From Squalus acanthias (Eukaryota): 64,000 bases of DNA. Made by a program: the position numbers and the translations under genes. The stretch's first letter is position 1, and each line of letters begins with the position of its first letter. The stretch is from assembly GCA_030390025.1 (NCBI GenBank), contig CM059432.1:35404001-35468000 (forward strand), given 5' to 3'. A model generated the notes under the pieces. The model made no database searches. It was not told where the DNA came from and saw only the letters and a list, made by a program, of their open reading frames with translations. Of the stretch, positions 23,481 to 35,100 are shown piece after piece.

Positions 23481-24639
23481 TTCCTAATTCACTCCCTGGT
23501 CGTCATGACCTTCAGGCTGGATCCCAATGTCATTCCCATGAACAACACCAAGCAGCTCAGGAAACCGAAATGCCAGAGGTTTAAAACAGAGCAGTGCAAA
23601 CTCCAGTCCCTGAACCCTGGCAAATCCATTCTATTTCTGTTTCATATATTCACTGATTGGTCCTGTTTGAATTATATGGGCCTGGAAGTTTGACACCGGC
23701 TGTTCTGAGCTGCCCGACTGATAGATAAATCCTAAATCAGAACATCAAGAACCCACAGGTTGAAATAATTTGCAAGTTAAAGGGACGGTGGATTTAAACT
23801 TCATATGTGGCCCTATGGCAGGGACTTATGTGATCAACAATAAACAGAAAGCTTGGACACTTCTAGTTTAGAGCATCGTTGAAACAGTCATCTAACTAAA
23901 TTTAACTTGCGCAACTTCAATTGCGTAAACAGGAGGTGATACAATGTGGAGTGGCTACAATGAAGCAATAATGATGGCATGCATAGGTGCGGGTGGGTCC
24001 AACTTATGGTCATTGTACAATGGAAGCCAGGTCTGATACTGGAATACAAGCCCACGGTAAGCTGCATTACTCACCCATCACATAAAAGACAGTGCACTCA
24101 AATGCTACTGCTTGGGCACTATTGCAATCCAGTCAACAAGCGATGATTCTTGCGAAAAACAGATTTCTACCTGGGAACTGATTTAAAACTTCCCTCCCAT
24201 CTATTCATTTCCTGGTCTCTTGAATGCACAGCCCCATGCTAGCTACAGTTCCACAAGTGCCAGCAGCCCTTCTGTACCTCAACTAATTAGCTATTGTGTG
24301 CGAGAGCCTGATCAATGGGTGTTGGTAAGTTGCTGTCCTCACACATTATCCACATAAGCACATTCTCCATCAGAACCGACTGGACAGCATTCAGGGAGAG
24401 AGAAATTCCTCCTACCTAGGTGTGCTGAGGCCAACTATAGCACCCCTAATGGCAGGCCTGGTTGAGATGAGTCAACTCAGCATGGACCAGGGATCAAATT
24501 TGGGACAAGTCTCACAGCACAGGTTGAATTTACCCACTAACATGTAGCATCCTATTAGCCTCCCCTTATTCACGAAAGTTATTATCTCCCCATCATCTTT
24601 CTTTCACTACCCCCCCAACAACCTGCACGGTTCCCTATC

Positions 24640-25630
24640 CTAGCAGGACAAATCCAACCTGGGCAAATATCGCCCCATCAGCCTCCTCCCAAACATCGGC
24701 AAAGTGGAAGAAGGCGTCGTCAATAGTGCTACCAAGCAGCACTTACTCACCAATAACATGCTCACCGATATACAGTTCGCGTTCCGCCAGAACAACTCGG
24801 CTCCAGAACTGATTACAGCCTTGGTCCCAACATGGACACAAGAGCTGAATTCCAGAGGTAAGGCAAAAGTGACTGCCCTTGACATCATAGCAGCATTCTA
24901 CCAAGTGTGGCATCAACCAGCCCTGGCAAAACTGTAGTCAATGGAGATCAGAGGGGAAACTCTCTAGTGGCAGGATTCATACTTGGCAAAAGGAAGGTTG
25001 TTGTGGTCATTGGAGGCCAATCACTGCAGCCCCAGGACATCACTGTAGGATTTCCTTAGGGCAACATCCTAGGCCCAACTATCTTCAGATGCATCATCAA
25101 TGACCTTCCCTCCATCATAAGGTCAAAAGTAGAACTGTTCGTAGTATTCAGCTCCATTCGTAATTCCTCAGGATAATGAAGCAGTCCATGCCTACATGCA
25201 GAAAGGCCTGGACAACATCCAGGTTAGGCTGATAAGTGACGAGTAATATTCATGCCACACAAGTACGAGGCAATGACCATCTCCAACAAGAGCGAGCCTA
25301 ATCACCTCCCACTGATGTTCAATGGCATTACCATCACCGAGTCCCCCACCACCAACATCCTGGGGGCAACTATTGACCAGAAACTCAACTGGACCAGCCA
25401 CATCAATGCCATGGCGACTAGAGCAGGTCAGAGGTTGGGTATTCTGCGGCGAGTGGCTCACCTCGACTCTCCAAAGCCTCTCCACCACCTACAAGTCACC
25501 AATCAGGAGTGTAATGGAATATCTCCACTTGCTTGGATAAGTGCAGCTGCAACAGTCAAGAAGCTCAACACCATCCAGGACGATCTGCTTCATCGGCACC
25601 TCATCCACAAGCCTAAAAATCCAACCCCTG
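24640..25630 (+). mobile_element. Second-family CR1-like LINE, RT region, degraded
   Basis: NYRPISLL-like, QFAFRQ, ALDIxAAF, EAMTISNK and LNWTSHI motifs. Confidence 0.85.
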
Positions 25631-25721
25631 GAAAGTTTATTCACGGCACTGCAAGGGGGTCGTTTTACACATTTGTGGATTGTAGTTCAGTCACAGCCGC
25701 CAATGGTGGAGCGATCAAAAA

Positions 25722-26870
25722 GTATTCGATAAGGTGCCACACAAGAGGTTATTACACAAAATTAGGACTCATGGGATTGGGGGTAATATATTAGCATGGA
25801 TTGAGGATTGGTTAATGGACAGAAAAGAGAGAGTAGGAATAAAAAATACTTTTTCGGGTTGGCAGGCTGTAACTAGTGGGGTACCGCAAGGATCAGTGCT
25901 TGGGCCTCAGCTATTTACAATCTATATTAATGACTTAGATGAAGGGACTGAGTGTAACGTATCCAAGTTTGCTGATGATACAAAGTTAGGTGGGAAAGTA
26001 AGCTGTGAGGAGGACGCAAAGAGGCTGCAGAGAGATATAGACAGGTTGACTGAGTGGGCAAGAACATGGCAAATGGAATACAACGTGGGGAAGTGTGAAG
26101 TTATCCACTTTGGTAGGAAAAACCAAAAAAGCAGAATATTTTTGAATGGAGAGAGACTGGGAAATGTTTGCATTCAGAGGGACCTGGGTGTCCTTGTACA
26201 TGAATCACAGAAAGTTAACATGCAGGTACAGCAAGCAATTAGGAAAGCCAATGGTATGTTAGCTTTTGTTACAAAGGGCTTAGAGTATAAGAGTAAAGAA
26301 GTCTTAATGCAATTATACAGGGTATTGGTGAGGCCACACCTGGAGTACTGGTCTCCTTACCCAAGGAATGACATCCTTGCCTTAGAGGGAGTGCAACGAA
26401 GGTTCACTAGACTGGTTCCTGGGATGAGGGGAGATTGAGTAGACTAGGCCTATATTCCCTAGCGTTTAGAAGAATGAGAGATGATCTCATTGAAACATAT
26501 AAAATTCTTAAGGGACTTGACAGGGTTAATGCTGAGAAAATGTTTCCCCTGTCTGTGGAAATCTAGAACACGAGGTCACAGTCTCAGAATAAGGGCTAGG
26601 CCATTTAGTACTGAGATGAGGAGAAATTTCTTCACTCAAAGGGTTGTGAATCATTGGAATTCTCTACCCCAGGAGAACTGTGGATGCTCAGACGTTGAGT
26701 ATATTCAAGACAGAGGTTGATAAATTTTTGGGAACTAAGGGAATTAAGGGATATGGGGATAGTGCGGGAAGGTTGAGTTGAGGTAGATCAGCCATGATCT
26801 TGTTGAATGGCGGAGCAGGCTCGAAGGGACAAATGGCCTACTCCAGCTCCTATTTCTTATGTTATGTTCT
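25722..26870 (+). mobile_element. CR1/HER1-type LINE 3' half
   Basis: 234-aa RT ORF at 25734-26438; standard 3' tail. Confidence 0.93.
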
Positions 26871-27799
26871 TACACGTATCACAAACGCTCAGAGACACTA
26901 TAATTTTTATCACACGACAATGCATATTTAGGTACTGCACCTCACTGACTAGCCTACGGGCATTCAAAGCAGCTCAAACCTTCCAAATGCATAAGCATGT
27001 CTCAGCCTGTCTCTACTACTTGCTGAAAGCAGATACTATTTAAATGTATTGACAGATTAAATTATTTCCTCACCCACATTAACTATTTTGCAAGGGATTT
27101 TAAGGGAGAGTCAAACTCTTGCAAACTCAGCAGGTGTTTACCTCCCTCCACCCTGTTTCCATGTCAGGTACAGTGATGTGTGACACAGCCATTACCTTGC
27201 CTGCCTCTCCACGTACCACACGCTATCTGGGAGGCAATGGGAGGCCTGAAGGTGAATATGTAACGCACAATTGCAGTCTCTCAACCAGCTGCTGACAGAG
27301 TGGCTGCGTGAAATTTTCAATCTATATCCACTTGAACTGTGAAAAAACGCCGAACAGGACAATTACAGATAGTGTCTTTACAAACTCGGGTTGTGTCTGC
27401 AGGCAGATTTGTGAGCTGTACCAGAGTGAAGTGTCAGTAGTTAAAGGTCTGTCACTGGTGCTGGGAGGCAATAAATTGCAACACCTCAAATAGTTGAGTA
27501 TTGCAAAATGCTAAAACGCACTAAACTCAGCACAAAGTTCACAAGCCTCCAGCAAAGCTAGAGACTAAAAACATTTTACCCCCACAGGATGGTGGAGGTG
27601 AGGAACAGATTTCATGGTCAGTTGGCATTTTCAAAAAGGAGCTCGATTAAAAGATGTTGAGAAGAAGGAACGGAGGGCTCTAAAATCACTTCTTCATTTT
27701 TTTTTCAGGGGAGTTAGGGGAAGGAAATTAGTGTTCATTAAAGTCAGGAGTTAACTGGAAGTGTGGGTGGGGATGTCCTCAATACAATGGACGAAGTGT

Positions 27800-30700
27800 A
27801 CAGTAACCTAGTGATTATGGTACAAATCCCACTATGGCAAGTTGGGCAACTGAATTCAATCTATCTGGTAATTTATGGGCTAGTGCCAGAAAAATAACCA
27901 TGAAAGCTTCCCAATTGTCTTAAAAACCCAACTGGTTCACTATACTCAGAGGGTTGTGAATCTTTGGCATTCTCTGCCCCAGAGGGCTGTGAATGCTGAG
28001 TCTTTGAGTATATTCAAGGCTGAGATAGATAGATTTTTGGACTCTAGGGGAATCAAGGGATATGTAGAATGGGTGGGAAAGTGGAGTTGAGGTCGATGAT
28101 CAGCCATGATCTTATTGAATGGCAGAGCAGGCTCGAGGGGCCGTATGGCCTACTCCTGCTCTTATTTCTTATGTTCTATGTACCCAGTCTGGCCTACATA
28201 TGACTCCAGTCCCACAAGACATGGCTGACTCGAAGCCCTCTGAAGTGGCCTAGCAAGCCACCCAGCTGTAAACAATTGCTACAAAATTCAATAAGAAAAT
28301 TGGACAGCCAATATCCCATACCCCTCCATCACCATCCCTGGGTACGGCATGTCGCAATGGGAGGATAGGCCCAGCAAAGGTGGGGGACAGTGGTAAACAG
28401 TCAAGTGGGAATGGCACTGGCAGTCACCAACATTACCTCCGGAGCCCATGAAGTCTAATAGCTTCAGGGAAACAAGATCGAGGAAACCTCTTGCTGATGA
28501 ACACAGTCCATCGCCCCCGCCACCTGTCCAACTGATGAATCAGTACTGTTCCAGGTTGAACTGTTCCGTCTTTACAGTAGAGGACACTAAGAATATCCCA
28601 ACACTGGACAAACAGGGGGCTATAGGGGGGGGGGAAGGCAGCTAAACATGATCAAAATCACTAAGGAAGTGGTACTCGGTAAAATAATGGGACTCAAGGC
28701 GGATAAATCACCTGGACCTGATGGCTTACATCCTAGGGTCTTGAGGGAAGTGGCGGTAGGGATTGTGGATGCATTGGTAATAATTTTCCAAAACTCCCTG
28801 GATTCAGCAAAGATCCCGGCAGACTGGAAAACTGCTAATGTAACACCCTTATTTAAAAAGGGCAGTAGACAGAAGGCTGGAAACTAGACCGGTTAGCCTA
28901 ACATCTGTGGTAGGTAAAATTTTGGAGTCCATTATTAAGGAGACAGTAACGGGACATTTGGATAATCATAATTTAATAGGACAAAGTCAGCATGGTTTTA
29001 TGAAGGGGAAGTCATGTTTGACAAATTTGCTGGAGTTCTTTGAGGAAGTAACACACAGGGTGGATAAAGGGGAACCAGTGGATGTGGTGTATTTAGACTT
29101 CCAAAAGGCATTTGACAAGGTGCCACACAAAAGATTGCTTAAGATAAAAAATCACAGGATTGGGGGTAATATTCTGGCATGGATAGAGGATTGGCTATCT
29201 AACAGAAGGCAGAGAGTTGGGATAAATGGTTCATTCTCAGACTGGCAATCAGTAACTAGTGGTGTTCCGCAGGGGTCAGTGCTGGGTCCCCAACTCTTTA
29301 CAATCTATATTAACGATTTGGAGTAGGGGACCGAGTGTAACATATCAAAGTTTGCAGATGATACTAAGATGGGAGGGAAAGTAGTGAGTGAGGAGGACAT
29401 AAAAAATCTGCAAGGGGACATAGACAGGCTAAGTAAGTGGGCAGAGATTTGGCAGATGGAATACAATACTGGAAAGTGTGAGGTTATGCACTTTGGCAGG
29501 AAAAATAGTAGAGCAAGTTATTATCTAAATGGCAAGACACTGGAAAGTACTGAAGTACAAAGGGATCTGGGGGTCCTGGTGCACGAAACTCAAAAGGTTA
29601 GTATGCAGGTGCAGCAAGTGATTAAGAAGGCCAATGGAATGTTGGCTTTCATTGCTAAGGGGATAGAATATAAAAATAGGGAGGTATTGCTTCAGTTGTA
29701 CAAGGTATTGGTGAGACCGCACCTGGAATACTGCATACAGTTTTGGTGTCCATACTTAAGAAAAGACATACTTGCTCTCGAGTCAGTACAAAGAAGGTTC
29801 ACTCAGTTAATCCCGGGGATGAGGGGATGGACATATGAGGAGAGGTTGGGTAGAGTGGGACTCTACTCATTGGAGTTCAGAAGAATGAGAGGCGATCTTA
29901 TTGAAACATATAAGATTGTGAAGGGGTTGGATCGGGTGGATGCGGGGAGGATGTTCCCGATGATGGGTGAAACTAGAACTAGGGGACATAGTCTTAGAAT
30001 AAGGGGCTGCTCTTTCAAAACTGAGATGAGAAGGAACTACTTCACTCAGAGGGTGGTAGGTCCATGGAATATGCTGCCCCAAAAAGCTGTAGAAGCTACA
30101 TCATTACATAAATTTAAAACAGAAATAGACAGTTTCCTAGAAGTAAAGGGAATTAAGGGTTATGGGGAGCGGGCAGGAATTTGGACATGAGTCTAGGTTC
30201 GGATCGGTCATGGCCCTGTGGGTAGCATAGCGGGCCCAGGGGCCTTGTAGCCTGATCCTGCTCCTATTTCGTGTGTCCAATTCTGTTAGGTTCAGGAGAT
30301 GGTTCTGTGATAGTAGATTGGCGGTTAGGATCAGATCAGCCATGATCTTATTGAATGGCGGAGCAGGCTCGAGGGGCCAATTGGCCTACTCCTGCTCCTA
30401 TTTCTTATGTTCTTATGTTCTTATGTTAATCACCTGGAGAATGCCAGAGGTTAAGAAAAAGCACAGAATGTGCTCTGGGTGAGGGATTTCAATGTCCATC
30501 GTTGACCAAGCTAGCTGAGTCCTGAAGGATGTAGCTGCCAGATTGAACCTGCGCCAGGTGGTGTGGGAACCAACTTGACCTCACCCTTACCCTCATCAAT
30601 CTACCTGTTGCAGACATATCTGTCCACATTAGCACTGGTAGAAGTGACCGGTGCCCAGTCCTTGTGAAGACAATGTCTTGTCTCCACTATGAGCACATCC

Positions 30701-32130
30701 TCGATTGCGTGGTGTGGCACCATCACTGTGCTCAGTGTGAATGACTAAGGACAAATGTAGCAACTGAAAACTGGGCATCCATGAGGCACTGTGGGCCATT
30801 AGCAGCAACGGAATTGTATACTGCCATAATCTGTAACCTCATGGTAGGTACATCGCTCACTCATTGATCACCATCAAGCCAAGAGATCAACCCTGGTTTA
30901 ATGCTTATTGCAGAAGGGTCAGAAGCAGCATCAGGCATATCTTAGAATGAGGTATTGGCCTAGTGAGGCTACTACATACCTGCATGCTAAACATCAAGAG
31001 TAGCAGACAGAGTGAAGCACCCCACAATTAACAGATAAAAGCAAAGCTCTGCAGCCCTACCACATCCAGTCAAGATGGTGGTGGACAACCAGGCAGTTAA
31101 CAGGAGAAGGGGGCTCCATGAACATCCTCATCCTCAATCCTGGTGCATCCCAATTCAAGAGACAAGGCTGAACTGTTTACAAGTGCCTTCAGCCAAAAGT
31201 GCCAAGTGGATGATCCTACTTGGCCTCCTCCTGAGGTCCCCACCATCACATATACCAGGGTCCAGCCAATTTGGTTCACCTCACGTGATATTAAGAAGTG
31301 GCTGAGTGTACTGGGCAAAGCAAAGGCTATGGGCCTTGACAACATCTTAGCCGATGTGCTGAAAACCTGTGCACCGTAGCTAGCTACTTCCTTAGCCAAG
31401 CTGTTCTAGTACAGCTATATGACACTGGCATCTACTTGACAAAGTGCCCAGGTATGTCTTATCACCAAAAAGACAGAATAAATCTAACCAGGACAATTAC
31501 CACCCTTTCAGCCTCTTCCCAATCATAAGCAAAGATGGAAGTAGTTTTCAATGATACCATCAAGCGACACCTACTCACTGACCTTTAGTTCGGGTTCCAC
31601 CAGAACCATATGGCTGCAGAACTCATCACAGACATAGACACAAGAGCCAACTTTCAGAGGAGATGCGAGAGTAGCTGCCTCGACACGAAGGCAGCTTTTG
31701 ACTGAGTTTGGCACCAAGGAGCCTCAGCAAAAGGGAGGTCAATCTGTGTCAAAAGGAAATCCCTCCAGAGGCTGGTGTCATACCTGACACAAAGGAAGGT
31801 GGTTGTCAGAAGCTAGTCCTCACAGCTCCAGATCTTCAATTCAGGAGTTCCTCAGGGCAGCATCCTCAGCCGAACCATCTTCAGCTGCTTCATCAATGAC
31901 CTTTCCTCCATCATGTCAAGATTGGGCTGTTCGCTGATGATTGCAGTGTTCAGCTCCATTGATAACTTCTCCAATAATGAAGCAGCCAATGCCAGCCCAC
32001 AGCAGAACAATGGCTGACAAGTGGCATGTAACATTTGTGCCACACAAGTGCCATCTCCAATAAGAGTAAGTCCATTAATTTCTTCTTCACCAGTGTCAAG
32101 GACCACCTCCCCTCCCACCCATCAACATCA
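27800..32130 (+). mobile_element. Second-family CR1-like LINE (APE + RT), heavily decayed, interrupted by CR1 insertions at ~27945-28180 and 28568-30427
   Basis: ITIPGY..DR..KGGG (APE), GDFNVH, PWFN, KAMGLDNI and FADD-like motifs occur in order across the region. Confidence 0.75.
28568..30427 (+). mobile_element. Young 5'-truncated CR1/HER1 LINE, near-identical to 569-2394
   Basis: Long stretches identical to the first element; RT ORFs at 28907-30190; (ttcttatg)n tail. Confidence 0.96.
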
Positions 32131-32180
32131 GTCGATGGACCACAGAGCTATCATGGGGAATGAACAACAACAACTTGCAT

Positions 32181-35100
32181 CACGATTCAAAAAGTGACGC
32201 GGGCAAGAGGAAGCAGCTGATTGGGTGAGTACGGCCAGGTGAGTATTTATACTACTCTATAGTTTGACAGTTCAGGTTAATAGTTTATAAAGTTTAGAAG
32301 GTCTTAATTTTGTGGTTATAGTTTCTGAGGTCTCTGTTGTGTAACGGGGAGTGCTAGTAAACATGGGTCCTTGAGTATAACATTTAATAGTAGTGTAATT
32401 GGTGGTATTGATTTGATTTAATTTAAGTTAATTAAAGGGTAAGTCATGGCAGCACAGCTCGGCCCCGTGGTATGCTCCTCCTGCGCTATGTGGGACATCA
32501 GGGACGACCATGTGTGCAGGAAGTGTATCCAGCTTCAGCTACTGGCAGACTGCATTGCGGCGCTGGAGCTGCGAATGGATGCATGCTGGAGCATTCGCGA
32601 CGCTGAGGACGTCGTGGATATCACGTTTAATGAGTTGGTCACACCGCAGGTAAAGGCTGCACAGGCAGGAAGGGAATGGGTGACCACCAGGCAGAGAAGT
32701 AGGCGCAGGCAGGGTCCCCTGTGGCCATCCCCCTCTCAAACAGATATGCCACTTTGGATATTGTTGAGGGGGATGGCTTATCGGGGGAAGGCAGCAGCAA
32801 CCAACTTCCTGGCACCATGGGTGGTTCTGCTGCACAGGACGGGAGGAAAAAGAGCGGGAGAGCTATAGTGATAGGGGATTCTATTGTAAGGGGAATAGAT
32901 AGGCGTTTTTGCGGCCGCAAACGAGACTCCAGGATGGTATGTTGCCTCCCTGGTGCAAGGGTCAAGGATGTCTCGGAGCAGCTGCAGGGCATTCTGGAGA
33001 GGGAGGGTGAACAGCCAGTTGTCGTGGTGCATATAGGTACCAACGATATAGGTAAAAAACGGGACGAGGTCCTAAAAGCTGAATATAGCGAGTTAGGAGG
33101 TAAATGAAAAAATAGGACCTCAAAAGGTAGTAATCTCAGGATTGCTACCAGTGCCACGTACTAGTCAGAGTAGAAATAGAAGGATATTTCAGATGAATAC
33201 GTGGCTAGAAGAATGGTGTAAGGGGGAGGGATTCAAATTCCTGGGACATTGGAACCAGTTCTGGGGGAGGTGGGACCAGTACAAACTGGACGGTTTGCAC
33301 CTGGGCAGGACCGGGACTGATGTCCTAGGGGGAGTGTTTGCTAGTGCTGTTGGGGAGGGTTTAAACTAAAATGGCATGGGGTTGGGAACCTGTGCAGGGA
33401 AACAGAGGAAAGGGAAACAAGGATAGAAGCAAAAGACAGGAAGGAGAAAAGCAAAAGTGGAAGGCAGAGAAATCAAGGGTGTAAATCAAACATGGCCACA
33501 GTAAACAATAATTCTAAATGGTCTAAGAGTGTTAAAAAAACAAGCCTGAAGGCTCTAGTGTCTTAATGCGAGGAGCATTCATAATAAGGTGGATGAATTA
33601 GCTGCGCAAATAGATGTAAACGGATATGATATAATTGGGATTACGGAGACATGGCTCCAGGGTGACCAAGGCTGGGAATTCAACATCCAGGGGTATTCAA
33701 TATTCAGGAAGGACAGGCAAAAAGGAAAAGGAGGTGGGGTAGCATTGCTGGTTAAAGAGGAGATTAACACAATAGTAAGGAAGGATATTAGCTCTGATGA
33801 TGTGGAATCTGTATGGGTAGAGCCGAGAAATACCAAGGGGCAGAAAACATTAGTGGGAGTGTTATACAGACCCCCAAACAGTAATGCTGAGGTTGGGGAT
33901 GGCAATAAACGGGAAATTAGAGACGCGTGCAATAAGGGCACAGCAATTATCATGGGTGACTTTAATCTACATATAGATTGGGCTAACCAAATTAGTAACA
34001 ATACTGTGGAGGAGGAATTCCTAGAGTGTATACGGGATGGTTTCCTGAACCAATATGTCGAGGAACCAACTAGAGATCAGGCCATCTTAGACTGGGTATA
34101 ATGTAATGAGAAAGGATTAATTAGCAATCTTGTGCGAGGCCCCTTGGGGAGGAGCGATCATAATATGATAGAATTCTTCATTAAGATGGAGAGTGAAGTA
34201 GTTGACTCAGAGACTAGGGTCCTGAATTTAAATAAAGGAAACTACGATGGTATGAGGCGCGAGTTGGCTAGGATGGATTGGGGAACGTTACTTGAAGGGT
34301 TGACGGTGGATAGGCAATGGCAAACATTTAAAGATCGCATGGATGAACTACAGAATTTGTTCATCCCTGTTTGGCATAAAAATAAAACAAAAAAGGTGAC
34401 TCAACCGTGGCTAACAAGGGAAATTAGGGACAGCATAAGATCCAAGGAGAGGACATATAAATTGGCCAGAAAAAGCAGCAAACCTGAGGATTGGGAGCAG
34501 TTTAGGATTCAGCAAAGGAGGACAAAGGGATTAATTAAGAGGGGGAAAATAGAGTATGAGAGTAAGCTTACAGGGAACATAAACACTGACTGTAAAAGCT
34601 TCTATAGATAGGTGAAGAGATAAAGATTGGTGAAGTCAAGCGTAGGTCCCTTGCAGTCAGAATCAGAGGAATTTATAATGGGAACAAAGAAATGGCAGAC
34701 CAATTAAATACATAAATAACAACAGAAAATGCTGGAAAAACTCAGCAGGCGAGGCAACATCCGTGGAGAGAGAAACAGAGTTAACATTTCAGGTCGAAGA
34801 CCCTTCGTCAGAACTGAGAAAAAAAGCAGGAAATGAAACAGATAAAAAAGCAAGTGGGAGGCTGGGGGAAGGAATAAAAGAACAAAAGGGGTGGTCTGTG
34901 ATAAGTAGAGACATTAAGAGATGCTCAAGACGAGACGAGATGGTAATAGGACAGGTTAAGAAACAAAAGATGGCTCATAAGTGTGAAATGCTGGCAGAAT
35001 GAAAGACAGCTGCTGTGGGGGAGAGAGAAAAAAAAGGGGAAAAGGCACAAACCAAAAGTGTGGATATGGTAGGGGCCGAGGTTATGACCTGAAATTGTTG

